A stretch of 64,000 nt of DNA. Origin: Planctomycetota bacterium (GTDB taxonomy: Bacteria > Planctomycetota > UBA8108 > SXIK01). The notes beneath the pieces are model-generated. The model had not been told where the DNA came from, did no database searches, and saw nothing but the letters and a program-made list of their open reading frames with translations. Below, one piece after another: positions 20,471 to 30,225 of this stretch (its first letter is position 1; every line of letters starts with the position of its first letter). Made by a program: the position numbers and the translations under genes. The stretch is from NCBI GenBank assembly GCA_965223265.1, contig OZ244999.1, positions 1,344,001-1,408,000 on the forward strand, read 5' to 3'.

Positions 20471-20531
20471 GCCATCGTGCAGAGCGCCATCGTGCGGAGG
20501 GGCAATCGTGCAGAGGGCCGTCGTAGCGGGC
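20471..20531. repeat. Degenerate 15-16 bp tandem repeat (3-4 units)
   Basis: GCCATCGTGCAGAGC / GCCATCGTGCGGAGG / GGCAATCGTGCAGAGG / GCCGTCGTAGCGGGC. Confidence 0.55.
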
Positions 20532-20983
20532 AGGACCACAAGTAGGAACCCTCGGAGTCACCGCATGTGTGCTTCCTTCTTCACACAGGGACAGCGGCCC
20601 GGTGCGCCCGCGCCGGCCAACCCAGATCGTAGTCAGTAGATAGGAAACCTCGACCCAAGTCCACGGATGTACCCGCCTACCGGCATCGATTCCGTTGAGC
20701 CGAGCCGTGCGATCGCACACAAAGACAGTTCAACAGGAGCGTCACGGTGTCACTCTATCGACGCGAGAATCGCGGAGTTAGAAACGCGATACTCCTCGAG
20801 TCAGCAGCCTCACCAGACTCCGCTTTCTAATCTCGCGGGATTCGAAAAGTTAATCTGGTGACGACCTTCTCTCACCAGAAGATCGGTGACTCTTCGTCGG
20901 GGATTCGGAATAGCGATACGCAGCGACAGTATCGACTTTTTTCGTAGATCATGACAACAAGAGGAGAAGAATCTGCTTTCTTC

Positions 20984-22756
20984 CTATGTCCCAACGAACT
21001 TACGAACTTGGGCGGCGAGACGGCGACCGAGTTGATCCTCTTCGTCCACGACTTCATGTGCCCCGGCGTTGAGTAGTTCCCAATGTAGAACGTGGTAGCG
21101 GCATCGGGCGACAACGAAGACGTGCGGAGCGAGGTCGCGAACCAGGTGGATTAAGTGGCGTACGGTGGCATGATCTGGCACCGTGACGACGACAGCACGA
21201 GCTTTGTAGATGCCGGCGTGCTCCAATATGTCCCGATGGGTCGCGTCCCCGAGGTGGGCGACCAAGCCGTATTGATGTGCGATTTCGATGTTCTTGGGAT
21301 CCAGATCGATTGCCACTACGTGCTGCTGGTGTGAGTCCAGCAGACTTGCCGCAACACGCTGTCCGGCCGGGCCGAAACCGACGACAAGGATCAAATCGGA
21401 GGGCGCATTGACGGCTTCCTCTTTCCCCTCGGGACTGGTAGCGCGTTCGTCGAGTGGCACGGGCTCGATGTTCGCACCTGCCGGCCTCTGTTTCCTTCGC
21501 AGCAATATTCGCTCACAGCGAGCCCCGGCCCATGGCGCGGCGGCAACAAAGTAGGGCGTGAATAAAAGGGTCAAAATGGTCGCCGACACCATCGCGCGAA
21601 AGGTGACCGGCGACATCAGCGCCGCGCCTCCGATATTGCTCTGGGCGATGGTGGCCAACACGAAAGAGAACTCGCCCACTTGCGCCAGACACAATGCCGC
21701 CGCAATCGCGTGTCGCCAGGGGTGCCCAAAGGCCCGTGCTAAAAGGGCGATGACCAGCGGTTTGCCGACGATAATTGCTATCACGACCCCGGCAACGATC
21801 GCCCAGTATCCGAAGAGCCAGACCGGATCGCCGAACATCCCGATCGCTGCAAAGAACAACGTGACCATCAGTGTCGTTAGCGGCCTCGTGTCGGCGCGGA
21901 TTTGTGTGGCAAACGGCGAAACGGCCAAAAGAATGCCGGCGGCGAAGGCCCCCAAAGCCGGACTCAGACCCACCGCATGTGTGGCCCATGCCGAGCCGGT
22001 GGCCATAATGACGGCTAGAAGAATCGGCAAGTCACGGTTCTTGCGCCAAGTAGGCAACAGCAAGACACGCGGCGCAACGATGTTAAACAGGACATAGAAC
22101 AAGCCGACAAGCACGGCAGCGAAAACCAGCGAAAGGGAAAGTTTGCCGATGATTAGCCCCCACGTTCCGCCGGTGGCCATGACGCTAACCAGCAACATCA
22201 TCGGAACCACGGCAGCATCCTGAATGAGCAGTATGCCGAGTGCGCTCCGTCCATGCTCGCCGTCGATTTCCGCCCGATCCGTCAACAACCGCAGGACACA
22301 TGCGGTGCTGCTCACGGCGACCATCATGCCGACGACGATCGCTTCGCGAGCGTCCAGCCCACAAGCGGTCGCTCCCGCGAAGCCAAGGGCCGTCGTCAAG
22401 ACAACCTGAAGTGGACCGGTTTTCAGCACGATGCTGCCGAGCGACAACAGGCGCCGAGGCGAAAACTCCAGGCCAATGGCGAACAGCAACAACGCCACGC
22501 CCAATTCAGCAATGTTGAAAAGTTCACGCTCGGTAGCAATCCAGCCCAGGACGTTTGGCCCAACCAGGGTGCCCGCAATCAAGTAACCGACAATAACGCT
22601 TTGGCCCAGCCGTTCAGCAAGCGTTCCCAAGACAAGGGCCACCGCCAGCAAGACAAGAATGTCCGACAAGACTCCCCAGACGCCCAGCGGCGGAGCGGCC
22701 AGTATCGGTAGCGAGTCAACGATCACCGGAGTGCTCTCCTCTTCGTCAGTGTCCAT
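20984..22756 (-). CDS. CPA2 cation:proton antiporter with C-terminal TrkA-N/RCK domain (KefC/YbaL-like)
   Basis: AELGVALLLFAIGLEFS, GILLIQD, LAQVGEFSFVL, ILVVGFGPAG, GDAT. Confidence 0.92.
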   Translation of the reverse strand: MDTDEEESTPVIVDSLPILAAPPLGVWGVLSDILVLLAVALVLGTLAERLGQSVIVGYLIAGTLVGPNVLGWIATERELFNIAELGVALLLFAIGLEFSPRRLLSLGSIVLKTGPLQVVLTTALGFAGATACGLDAREAIVVGMMVAVSSTACVLRLLTDRAEIDGEHGRSALGILLIQDAAVVPMMLLVSVMATGGTWGLIIGKLSLSLVFAAVLVGLFYVLFNIVAPRVLLLPTWRKNRDLPILLAVIMATGSAWATHAVGLSPALGAFAAGILLAVSPFATQIRADTRPLTTLMVTLFFAAIGMFGDPVWLFGYWAIVAGVVIAIIVGKPLVIALLARAFGHPWRHAIAAALCLAQVGEFSFVLATIAQSNIGGAALMSPVTFRAMVSATILTLLFTPYFVAAAPWAGARCERILLRRKQRPAGANIEPVPLDERATSPEGKEEAVNAPSDLILVVGFGPAGQRVAASLLDSHQQHVVAIDLDPKNIEIAHQYGLVAHLGDATHRDILEHAGIYKARAVVVTVPDHATVRHLIHLVRDLAPHVFVVARCRYHVLHWELLNAGAHEVVDEEDQLGRRLAAQVRKFVGT

Positions 22757-23085
22757 TCATTTGAGTGTTGGCGAGCAGTTCGTCGCTCTATCCGTGTCTA
22801 TCGCCGGTCTTTCTTCAGGACCGCAGGAGCAGCTTATGTGCCCCACCGCCCAAAACACGAGGGTGCTCAATGCAAGCCACGCGAACAGTTCACCGGCAGT
22901 TACTCCCGTCGTGTTGAAAATGCTTTGCAGCGGTGGCCAATAGACCACGGCCATCTGACGTCCGAATGTCAGCGCTACCGAGCCAATGAATGCCTTGTTT
23001 GACAAGACACCGATCTTGAATAATGAGTCGTGAGAAGAACGGAACGCCAGGGCGTTGCCCATTTGGGGCCCAGAGCCAGTAGTTC
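22757..23085 (-). pseudogene. C-terminal remnant of a P-type (Ca2+-ATPase-like) cation-transporting ATPase
   Basis: QMGNALAFRSSHDSLFKIGVLSNK...VYWPPLQSIFNTT matches the last helices of the Cation_ATPase_C region; the rest of the gene is absent. Confidence 0.75.
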
Positions 23086-23136
23086 ATCGTCAGAAATTCG
23101 CGCTTTTCTCCCGAACCGGGGCGGCGTTGGCGGGGG

Positions 23137-24231
23137 TTACAGGAGCTCATCTGCGTCCTGGTCATCCACGGCCCCTGACGACGTCTGCCCGACTGACCTG
23201 GGCTTGCTGTCCATGACAATCGCGATCCAGCGGAACGCTTCGCTGTTTTCCATGAAGATCTTCACGACCATGGTGAGCGGCACGGAGAGGAGCATGCCGA
23301 CGGGGCCCCAGATCCAGCCCCAGAAAACCAGCGAGACGAACACCACCAGGGGAGAAAGCCCGAGACGGCGCCCCATCAGCACCGGCTCCAAGAGATTGCT
23401 CACGGAGATGTTGAACAACAGGAAGCCAAAAGCCAGAACGAGAGCCATACTCAGCCCGAGTTGCACCGCAGCAAGCAAGACGGCCGGCACCGCCGCCATG
23501 ATCGAGCCGAGGACGGGAATGTAATTCAGAAGGAACGCCAGCAATCCCCACAACAATGGGAAGTCGACGCCAATCGCAGCGGCCCATCCCCAGATCAAGG
23601 TACCCGTCAAGAGACTCGTGGCGGTCTTGACCGCGAGGTACTGCTGGACTTCTGTCGTCATCGCGGCGAAGCGCCTGAGATCGACACCGGTCCCGAGGGC
23701 CGCCTCGAGTTTGCCGCGAAAACTCGCCGTCTCAAAGAGCATGAACATGGTCGTCAACAGAACCAGGAGGGTATTGGAGAGAGCCGACAGGACCCCCCGC
23801 AGGCCTTTGACGACGAAATCCAAGAGCGTCGCTGGATCGAAGCCGGCTGGCATATGATCCTCGGGGACTTCCAGGCCATACTCGCGAAGCCAGTCTATGA
23901 CGACCCGGGAGACGTCGTTCAGCTTGTCACGATACTGATTGAGTTCCCTCGCGAACTCGTTCACCAAACCGCCGACCACGGAGGCGATGGTCGTCAGGGC
24001 TCCCATGATGCAGGCGACGACCAGCCCCACCGCCACCAAAGTGGGCACGCGCTTTCGCCTCAGCCACAAGACGGCCGGTGCTGCGAGTAGAGAGAGAAAA
24101 ACGGAAAACATGAAAGGCAAGACAAGTGCTTGCGCTTCTCTCAAGCCCGCAAACACGATCACGAGCGCCGCTGCGACCACCAAAGCGTTCGGACCGAAGA
24201 AACGCTTACCCTGTGATGGAGTGGCTTTCAC
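23137..24231 (-). CDS. AI-2E family transporter
   Basis: QQYLAVKTATSL, LWGLLAFLLNYIPVLGS, NLLEPVLMGRRLGLSPLVV, WGWIWGPVGMLLSVP. Confidence 0.92.
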   Translation of the reverse strand: MKATPSQGKRFFGPNALVVAAALVIVFAGLREAQALVLPFMFSVFLSLLAAPAVLWLRRKRVPTLVAVGLVVACIMGALTTIASVVGGLVNEFARELNQYRDKLNDVSRVVIDWLREYGLEVPEDHMPAGFDPATLLDFVVKGLRGVLSALSNTLLVLLTTMFMLFETASFRGKLEAALGTGVDLRRFAAMTTEVQQYLAVKTATSLLTGTLIWGWAAAIGVDFPLLWGLLAFLLNYIPVLGSIMAAVPAVLLAAVQLGLSMALVLAFGFLLFNISVSNLLEPVLMGRRLGLSPLVVFVSLVFWGWIWGPVGMLLSVPLTMVVKIFMENSEAFRWIAIVMDSKPRSVGQTSSGAVDDQDADELL

Positions 24232-24244
24232 ACTGGAGCCCTAG

Positions 24245-24403
24245 CAGCCTGTTGAAAAAGTGCTTCGAGCCGAAAACTGGTCTCTTCGCGTCCAGATCGG
24301 CCGCGGCAAACGCAGGTAATCTCCGAGATTTTCGAGTATTGACGCGGTCGAGCTGGGCGTGAAGAGGCCGGTTTCTCGGCCGAATGACTTTTTCAACGGG
24401 CTG
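24245..24403. mobile_element. MITE-like element A, copy 1 (159 bp)
   Basis: Ends CAGCCTGTTGAAAAAGT...ACTTTTTCAACGGGCTG; flanked by CTAG on both sides (24241-24244 and 24404-24407); second copy at 30226. Confidence 0.9.
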
Positions 24404-24407
24404 CTAG

Positions 24408-24661
24408 CTCGAGTTTGGCCATTTCGCGCCGGCCTGGCCGGACGAGTTTCGCGGGAATTCAAAGGCCCTTTCGACTTTTTAGTACCCTGAGAACCCTTGT
24501 GCATGTTCAAAAACTCCTGTCCGGCCCTTCGGGGAACGCCAGGAGCGCCGATGCCTGCGTCGCTCCTCCGCCACGATCGCAGCGGGATCGCGTTGTCGTC
24601 GCTCCTTGGCCTCGACGCTCCTGGCGTTCCCAGGCTCGACGCGAAATGGCCGAACTCGAGG
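24408..24661. mobile_element. MITE-like element B, full copy
   Basis: CTCGAGTTTGGCCATTTCGCG...CGCGAAATGGCCGAACTCGAG terminal inverted repeats, CTAG on each side; inner inverted repeat GGGAACGCCAGGAGCG / CGCTCCTGGCGTTCCC. Confidence 0.8.
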
Positions 24662-24676
24662 CTAGGATCGCCTCGT

Positions 24677-25615
24677 CTACGTGTCACCCGCCACGAGGAC
24701 GGGGCTGACAAACCCGTCGGGTTTCACGGCCAGGACAGAACACTCGACCTGCGCGAGGACTTGTTCGGCGGTGTTGCCGATGAAAAACCCAGGAACACCC
24801 GTTCGGCCGACCGTTCCCATGACCAGGAGATCGACGCGATTCTCCTCGACAAACTGTGGAATCAGGCGACCGGGTGCGCCCTCGAGAAAGTGTATCGCCG
24901 TCGGGGCAAAGTCTGAAAGCGCATCCTGGAAGGCGGCCTGGACCTTGTGCTTGGCTTCCTCAAGAGCCTCCCTGATTCTCTCCATCGGCACCCATTTCAC
25001 GGGTCCAAACGAGCCTTCTTCGACACGCTCCCAGCAATGCATCGCGTGAAACTCCGCCCCTTGGGTCTCGGCAAGTGATGAGCCCAGCTCGAGGATCTTC
25101 CGGCTCAAACCCGCATGCTCTGAGTCCTTGGAGCCCGTGTCCACCGCGGCCAGCACCCTTTCGAACTTAGGCGACTCCTTCGGTTTCACGATCCACACGG
25201 GGCAAGGGCACTTCCTCAGGAGATGCAAGTCCGTCGCCCCGAAGAACCGTTCCTTGAACCAGCCCTCCTCTCCCGTCGCCTTGATGACAAGGTCGTGGCG
25301 GCCTCGCTTGACCTCGTGAATGACTTCGAGGAAAGGGGTACCGTGCAGGCTGTGCGTTGTTACGTCTATGCCGTCTTCCCGGATCGGCGCCACGAATTCT
25401 TCAAGCCAGTCCTTCGTCGAAGCCGCGGTACTGCTGTAGAGGTCGTCGACGCGGACGCTCGACGTCAACATGTGGGCGTACTCTGGCAGTTTTTTGGAGA
25501 CGTGGACCACGCGCAACGCCGCCCGGTTTCGCTTCGCCAGCCTCGCGGCCTGTGCCAGCGCTGGCTCGCCTCGCGGCCCCTCGATGTAGACCAGAATCTT
25601 CTTGAATCGCTTCAC
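24677..25615 (-). CDS. Tandem-domain universal stress protein (UspE-like)
   Basis: FKKILVY, HDLVIKA, FFGATDLHLLRKCPCPVWIVK, DLLVMGTVGRTGVPGFFIGNTAEQVL. Confidence 0.92.
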   Translation of the reverse strand: MKRFKKILVYIEGPRGEPALAQAARLAKRNRAALRVVHVSKKLPEYAHMLTSSVRVDDLYSSTAASTKDWLEEFVAPIREDGIDVTTHSLHGTPFLEVIHEVKRGRHDLVIKATGEEGWFKERFFGATDLHLLRKCPCPVWIVKPKESPKFERVLAAVDTGSKDSEHAGLSRKILELGSSLAETQGAEFHAMHCWERVEEGSFGPVKWVPMERIREALEEAKHKVQAAFQDALSDFAPTAIHFLEGAPGRLIPQFVEENRVDLLVMGTVGRTGVPGFFIGNTAEQVLAQVECSVLAVKPDGFVSPVLVAGDT

Positions 25616-26107
25616 TCTCTAATTCCTTTCGCCGCGCGATGCCCAGCGGTCATCTAAGGTCTCCGCCGCCGCCGAAGCAAGCGCAAAAAACACCGGGCTG
25701 CGCGCCGAAGGCGCAGGGTGCTTCCGTCATCGAATGTTGGAAATCATAGGTAGTTGATTCTGCTACGGTGTCTCTCGTCCGTAGATCTCTCGGTCCCGTG
25801 GTCAAGGGCGATCGTGGAAAACCGCAGCTTTCTCAGCGAAGTTCCTTCCTCGACGTCACCGTGACTTTTCCCACCACCCACTCTCTCTGAACGTCATACA
25901 GAACCAGAACCCCGCAAGAACCGCCAGTCTCGCGAGCGGCTCACTCTCCTTCGAGGTCCCACCTCCGAATCTCCCTTCCAACGACCTCGTGGAAATCTCC
26001 TGAACGATCTCGGACAATATCGAAATCAAGGAGAGAGAGCCCGTGTCACCGATCCTGATTGCCGTTTGCCTGAACGCTCCAGCCCGTTTGCCTCAAGGAG
26101 CTTGCCA

Positions 26108-26737
26108 ATGGGCACCTATCCTTCTTTCTCGATGGCGAGAGAAGAGTTCGACCAGGCCTCTAACAACCCGGATCACACCCTGATCGAAACCGCGCCCGTG
26201 GACGTGAATGCTCTGTTGGAGACGTATTACTCCGCGAGTGAACCGATCCGTCTTACGAAGACGATGTTGTGGGACGCCGAGGTCAAGAAGGCTTGGGACC
26301 CAATGACATATATTCCCGGCGTTGTTCGTGAAGGCTCGTCGTGGGGCAGGAAGCCTTTGGAGAACGGGGAAGAATGTTTTCTACGGGAGAGCCAGCAGCT
26401 TGCCTGGAGGGCGGAGATCTACGGACAGGTTCTGGAAGAGGTCTACTTAAATCCCCGGGAGCAAACGGTCCTGTTTCTCGGAAGAGCAGAGCTCTTGACA
26501 GATGACGGCTCACTCCTTCAGGCTGGCAGCCATCAGCCCTTGTTTCACGTTGAACACGCCGTCGGTGGCACCGACTCTCACCCTGAGAACTTGTGGCGTA
26601 TCGTGCACCTGACATCTAAAAGAGACGACACATTGCTCGAGGAACACTTGGCACAGACGGGTACTCCGGAGTGGCTCCGAAGATTCGTCGCGATCTACGT
26701 CGAAAAGGATCTTGGGATAGGGCTGACCCGCCGGTAG
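26108..26737 (+). CDS. Hypothetical protein, possibly SRPBCC/DUF1857 (AtaL)-like
   Basis: AAGGAG RBS before ATG 26108; LTKTMLWDAEVKKAWDPMTYIP segment; family guess is from weak recall only. Confidence 0.6.
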   Translation: MGTYPSFSMAREEFDQASNNPDHTLIETAPVDVNALLETYYSASEPIRLTKTMLWDAEVKKAWDPMTYIPGVVREGSSWGRKPLENGEECFLRESQQLAWRAEIYGQVLEEVYLNPREQTVLFLGRAELLTDDGSLLQAGSHQPLFHVEHAVGGTDSHPENLWRIVHLTSKRDDTLLEEHLAQTGTPEWLRRFVAIYVEKDLGIGLTRR

Positions 26738-26928
26738 GTCGCAGGTCTTCTTCGGCTGGGGTAAAGCGGTCGCCTGCTTCCACGAGTACGAGTTCGCTCC
26801 TACGATCGAAAAAACCGCAGTCATCGCCTGTCTGGTTGAAATCGAACTGTTGCTAGCGCGCTGAGAAACAGTGATCAGGGGCTGACCAACCTGGAGGGCC
26901 GCCTTTCCAGGGACGGCCGAGAGAAGCA

Positions 26929-27504
26929 GTGAGCCCCAAGTTCTTCAAGACTCCCGACGACTTTCGACGTTGGCTGGAAAGAAACTACGACGGCGCGTCT
27001 GAACTCCTCGTCGGTTTCTACAAGAAGCACACCGGTAGGCCGAGCATCGACTGGGAAGGAGCTGTCGATCAGGCTTTGTGCTTTGGCTGGATCGACGGCA
27101 TTCGCAAGCGAATCGATGACGACACCTACCAGATCCGATTCACCCCTCGCAGACCGGGCAGCATGTGGAGCGGAAGGAACATCCGTAGAGTCGCTGAGCT
27201 GCAGAGAGCGGGCGTAATGCACCAGTCCGGCATGACGGTCTTCAGGTCAAGGGACAAACAGGAATTGCGCCAGTCCGAGAAGCTGAAGGTCAGCGAGCTT
27301 GACCCGCCCTACGACCGAGCCTTCAAGAAGCACAAGCGAGCCTACACGTTCTTTCAAGCTCAGCCGCCGTCCTACCGGAGGGCAGTGTGCACCTGGGTGA
27401 TGAGCGCTAAGAAGGAGGAAACTCGCCAGCGGCGGCTCGCCACCGTGATCGAGGACTCGAAAAACCGCAAGCGCCTGATCCTGCTGTCACCAAAAGTGGA
27501 GTAG
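26929..27504 (+). CDS. YdeI/OmpD-associated family protein
   Basis: FRRWLERN, AVDQALCFGWIDG, RFTPRRPGSMWS, WVMSAKKEETRQRRL. Confidence 0.93.
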   Translation: MSPKFFKTPDDFRRWLERNYDGASELLVGFYKKHTGRPSIDWEGAVDQALCFGWIDGIRKRIDDDTYQIRFTPRRPGSMWSGRNIRRVAELQRAGVMHQSGMTVFRSRDKQELRQSEKLKVSELDPPYDRAFKKHKRAYTFFQAQPPSYRRAVCTWVMSAKKEETRQRRLATVIEDSKNRKRLILLSPKVE

Positions 27505-27724
27505 CGCAGCAATGCGCCACAGAGGGACTAGAGGCTTCTCGGCCGCTAAGACGGCGGATGACAAGACACGATCCAAAAGCCAACCACTCCCTCAAGCACG
27601 CCTCACAAATCGAGAAACCCGCAATAACCGACGGTTCCTCAACCGAAGATTCCAAGCTCGAGTCTCGACTCCGTTGATTGAACCTCTCCGATCGTTGACA
27701 ATCGAACGGAAAGGAGAGAGCCGC

Positions 27725-30208
27725 GTGATCATTCTGGTCGTCAGCCTGACTCTGCTCGGAGCCCCGGAAGCCGATCGTGGTGCGATCGAACGCATCGAGT
27801 TCTTCGAGAAGAACGTACGCCCGGTCCTTGCCGCTCGCTGCTACCGCTGTCACTCGGACGCGAGCGAGAAACTTCGCGGCGGCCTGGCGCTCGATCGCTC
27901 TGAGGGTTGGATTCGCGGCGGTTCGCGCGGCGTCGCTATTGTGCCAGGTGAGCCAGAGAGCAGCCTGCTCATTCGGGCTGTTCGCTACGGCGACAAGGAC
28001 CTGAAGATGCCGCCAGACGGCAAGCTGACGGATCGTGAGATCGACCGGCTTGTCGAGTGGGTGAAGTTAGGGGCACCGGCGCCGCGTTCGGCTGAGTCGC
28101 TGCAAGAAGGGACCACCGACATTGCGTCGGGGCGCAGCTTCTGGGCGTTTCAGCCACCCGAGCGGCCGAAGGTGCCGCAGGTCCGCGACACCTCGTGGCC
28201 TCGCACGCACCTGGATCACTTCGTCTTGGCGCGTCTCGAACCCCATGGCCTGAAACCTGCGACGGACGCGGACCGCACGACGCTCATCCGCCGCCTCTAT
28301 TTCGATCTGCTTGGGCTGCCACCACCGCCCGAAGCCATTGCCGCCTTCGTGGCAGATCCTTCTCCTCTCGCCACCGACGAACTCATCGATCGGCTGCTTG
28401 CTTCACGGCACTTTGGTGAGCGCTGGGGGCGCCATTGGCTCGACGTCGCTCGCTTTGCCGAATCCACGGGCCGCAGCGTCAATTTTCCCTATAACTACGC
28501 CTGGCGATACCGCAACTACGTGATCGACGCTTTGAACGCAGACAAGCCGTACGATCGCTTCATCCGCGAACAAGTCGCCGGCGATTTGCTCATGGCCGCA
28601 AGTCAAAGGGAAGCGAACGAGAACATCATCGCCACCGGTTTTCTCGCGATCGGCCCGCGCGAACTCAACTACGACGACCGCGAGCTCGCGAACACCGAAC
28701 GCTATTTCCTCCACAGTGTCGATGAGCAGATCGACGTCACGATGCGTGGGATCCTCGGGCTGACCGTCTCGTGCGCTCAGTGTCACGACCACAAATTCGA
28801 TCCGATTCCCACCGTCGACTACTACGCCCTGGCGGGGATTTTTCGCAGCTCAGAGACGCTCGTCGGTTACGTGCATGGTCTCGGCAACTCAGGGCGATAT
28901 TTTCCCGAGCGTCTGGCGCTGCTCAAGGATCTCCCCGGCGCCGACTACGACACGGTCGGCGCGTATCGCCGCGAGGCGACCGCGGCGTGGCGGGCGCTCA
29001 AGAAGGAAATGACGGACCTTTGGTTGGTCCGCAGACAGGAGGGGCAGGTCGGCTTCACCAACGAGTTGCGCGAGAAACAGGAGAAGGTCGTCCGCGATCA
29101 CCGCGCCAAGCTCGACGCCCTCGCCAAAGAGTTACCGCCGAACCTGCCCGTTGCACTGGGTGTCGTCGATGGGGAGGAGCCTGCAGACATGCGCGTCTAC
29201 ATCGCGGGCGACCCCGAGAACCTCGGTCCCCTAGCACCGCGCGGCTTCTTAAGAGTTCTCGGGAGTGCCGGGACGACGACACCCATTCCGGCAAACCAAA
29301 GCGGCCGCGCCCAGCTCGCCGACTGGCTCGCGTCGCGCGAGAATCCGCTCACCGCCCGCGTCATGGTGAATCGCATCTGGCATCACCTCTTCGGACGCGG
29401 CATCGTGCGAACAGTCGACAACTTTGGCGCGACTGGCGAGAGACCGAGTCACCCGCGGCTGCTCGACCATCTGGCGCACCGATTCATGGACCAGGATTGG
29501 TCGGTGAAGTCGGTGATTCGTGAGATCGTGCGCAGCCGCGTGTATCAGCTCGCCAGCGATCACGACGCCGAGAACTACGCGATCGACCCGGACAATCGGT
29601 TCCTCTGGCGCAGGTCTCGGCGAGCACTAGAAGTCGAGGCACTGCGAGATGCTTTGCTCTCCGCCAGCGGTCAGTTGGACCCGAGCCGACCGAACGGCTC
29701 CCCGCTGATGCGTAGCGGAGCCGCGCAGATTCGTAGTACGAAGAATCTGCCGCCCGAAGCCACGACCATCCATCACCGTCATCGCACCGTCTACCAGACC
29801 CTGATTCGTGACATGGAACCGGACATGCTGCGGCTGTTCGACTTCCCTTCCACCAGCAGTGTCCACGGGCGCCGAAATGCAACGATCGTCGCTGCACAGG
29901 CTCTCTTTTTCCTCAACGACCCTTTTGTCACGAAGCAGTCACACCATGCCGCCCTGCGGGTGCTGGGTCGACAGGATCTCAGCCGCCGGCAGCGCATCGA
30001 CTTGGCCTATCGGCTGATTTTGGGCCGGGCAGCATCGGTCGACGAGAAGCGGAAGGCAGAGCGGTTTCTCGACGCGCGGGTCGCCTCGACCTCCGTCGCC
30101 ACGGCCGGTGCTGGAGAGGGCCCCGATCAAGAGAATGAGAGGATCGAAGCTTGGTCTCGTTTTGTTCAGTTGCTATTCGCCTCGGCCGAGTTCCGTTATA
30201 TTGAGTGA
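27725..30208 (+). CDS. Planctomycete cytochrome c (PSCyt1) + DUF1549 + DUF1553 protein
   Basis: FFEKNVRPVL, CYRCH and CAQCHDHKFDP CxxCH motifs, GERWGRHWLD, NPLTARVMVNRIW. Start moved to GTG 27725 after an AAGGAG RBS. Confidence 0.92.
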   Translation: MIILVVSLTLLGAPEADRGAIERIEFFEKNVRPVLAARCYRCHSDASEKLRGGLALDRSEGWIRGGSRGVAIVPGEPESSLLIRAVRYGDKDLKMPPDGKLTDREIDRLVEWVKLGAPAPRSAESLQEGTTDIASGRSFWAFQPPERPKVPQVRDTSWPRTHLDHFVLARLEPHGLKPATDADRTTLIRRLYFDLLGLPPPPEAIAAFVADPSPLATDELIDRLLASRHFGERWGRHWLDVARFAESTGRSVNFPYNYAWRYRNYVIDALNADKPYDRFIREQVAGDLLMAASQREANENIIATGFLAIGPRELNYDDRELANTERYFLHSVDEQIDVTMRGILGLTVSCAQCHDHKFDPIPTVDYYALAGIFRSSETLVGYVHGLGNSGRYFPERLALLKDLPGADYDTVGAYRREATAAWRALKKEMTDLWLVRRQEGQVGFTNELREKQEKVVRDHRAKLDALAKELPPNLPVALGVVDGEEPADMRVYIAGDPENLGPLAPRGFLRVLGSAGTTTPIPANQSGRAQLADWLASRENPLTARVMVNRIWHHLFGRGIVRTVDNFGATGERPSHPRLLDHLAHRFMDQDWSVKSVIREIVRSRVYQLASDHDAENYAIDPDNRFLWRRSRRALEVEALRDALLSASGQLDPSRPNGSPLMRSGAAQIRSTKNLPPEATTIHHRHRTVYQTLIRDMEPDMLRLFDFPSTSSVHGRRNATIVAAQALFFLNDPFVTKQSHHAALRVLGRQDLSRRQRIDLAYRLILGRAASVDEKRKAERFLDARVASTSVATAGAGEGPDQENERIEAWSRFVQLLFASAEFRYIE

Positions 30209-30225
30209 CTGTAGTGTAGGATTGA

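Noticed and set aside
24245-24661. CRISPR-like or guide-RNA array reading of conserved arms with a variable centre
   Set aside because: No tandem repeat-spacer periodicity, only two dispersed copies, and no cas, tnpB, IS110 or reverse transcriptase gene in the window.
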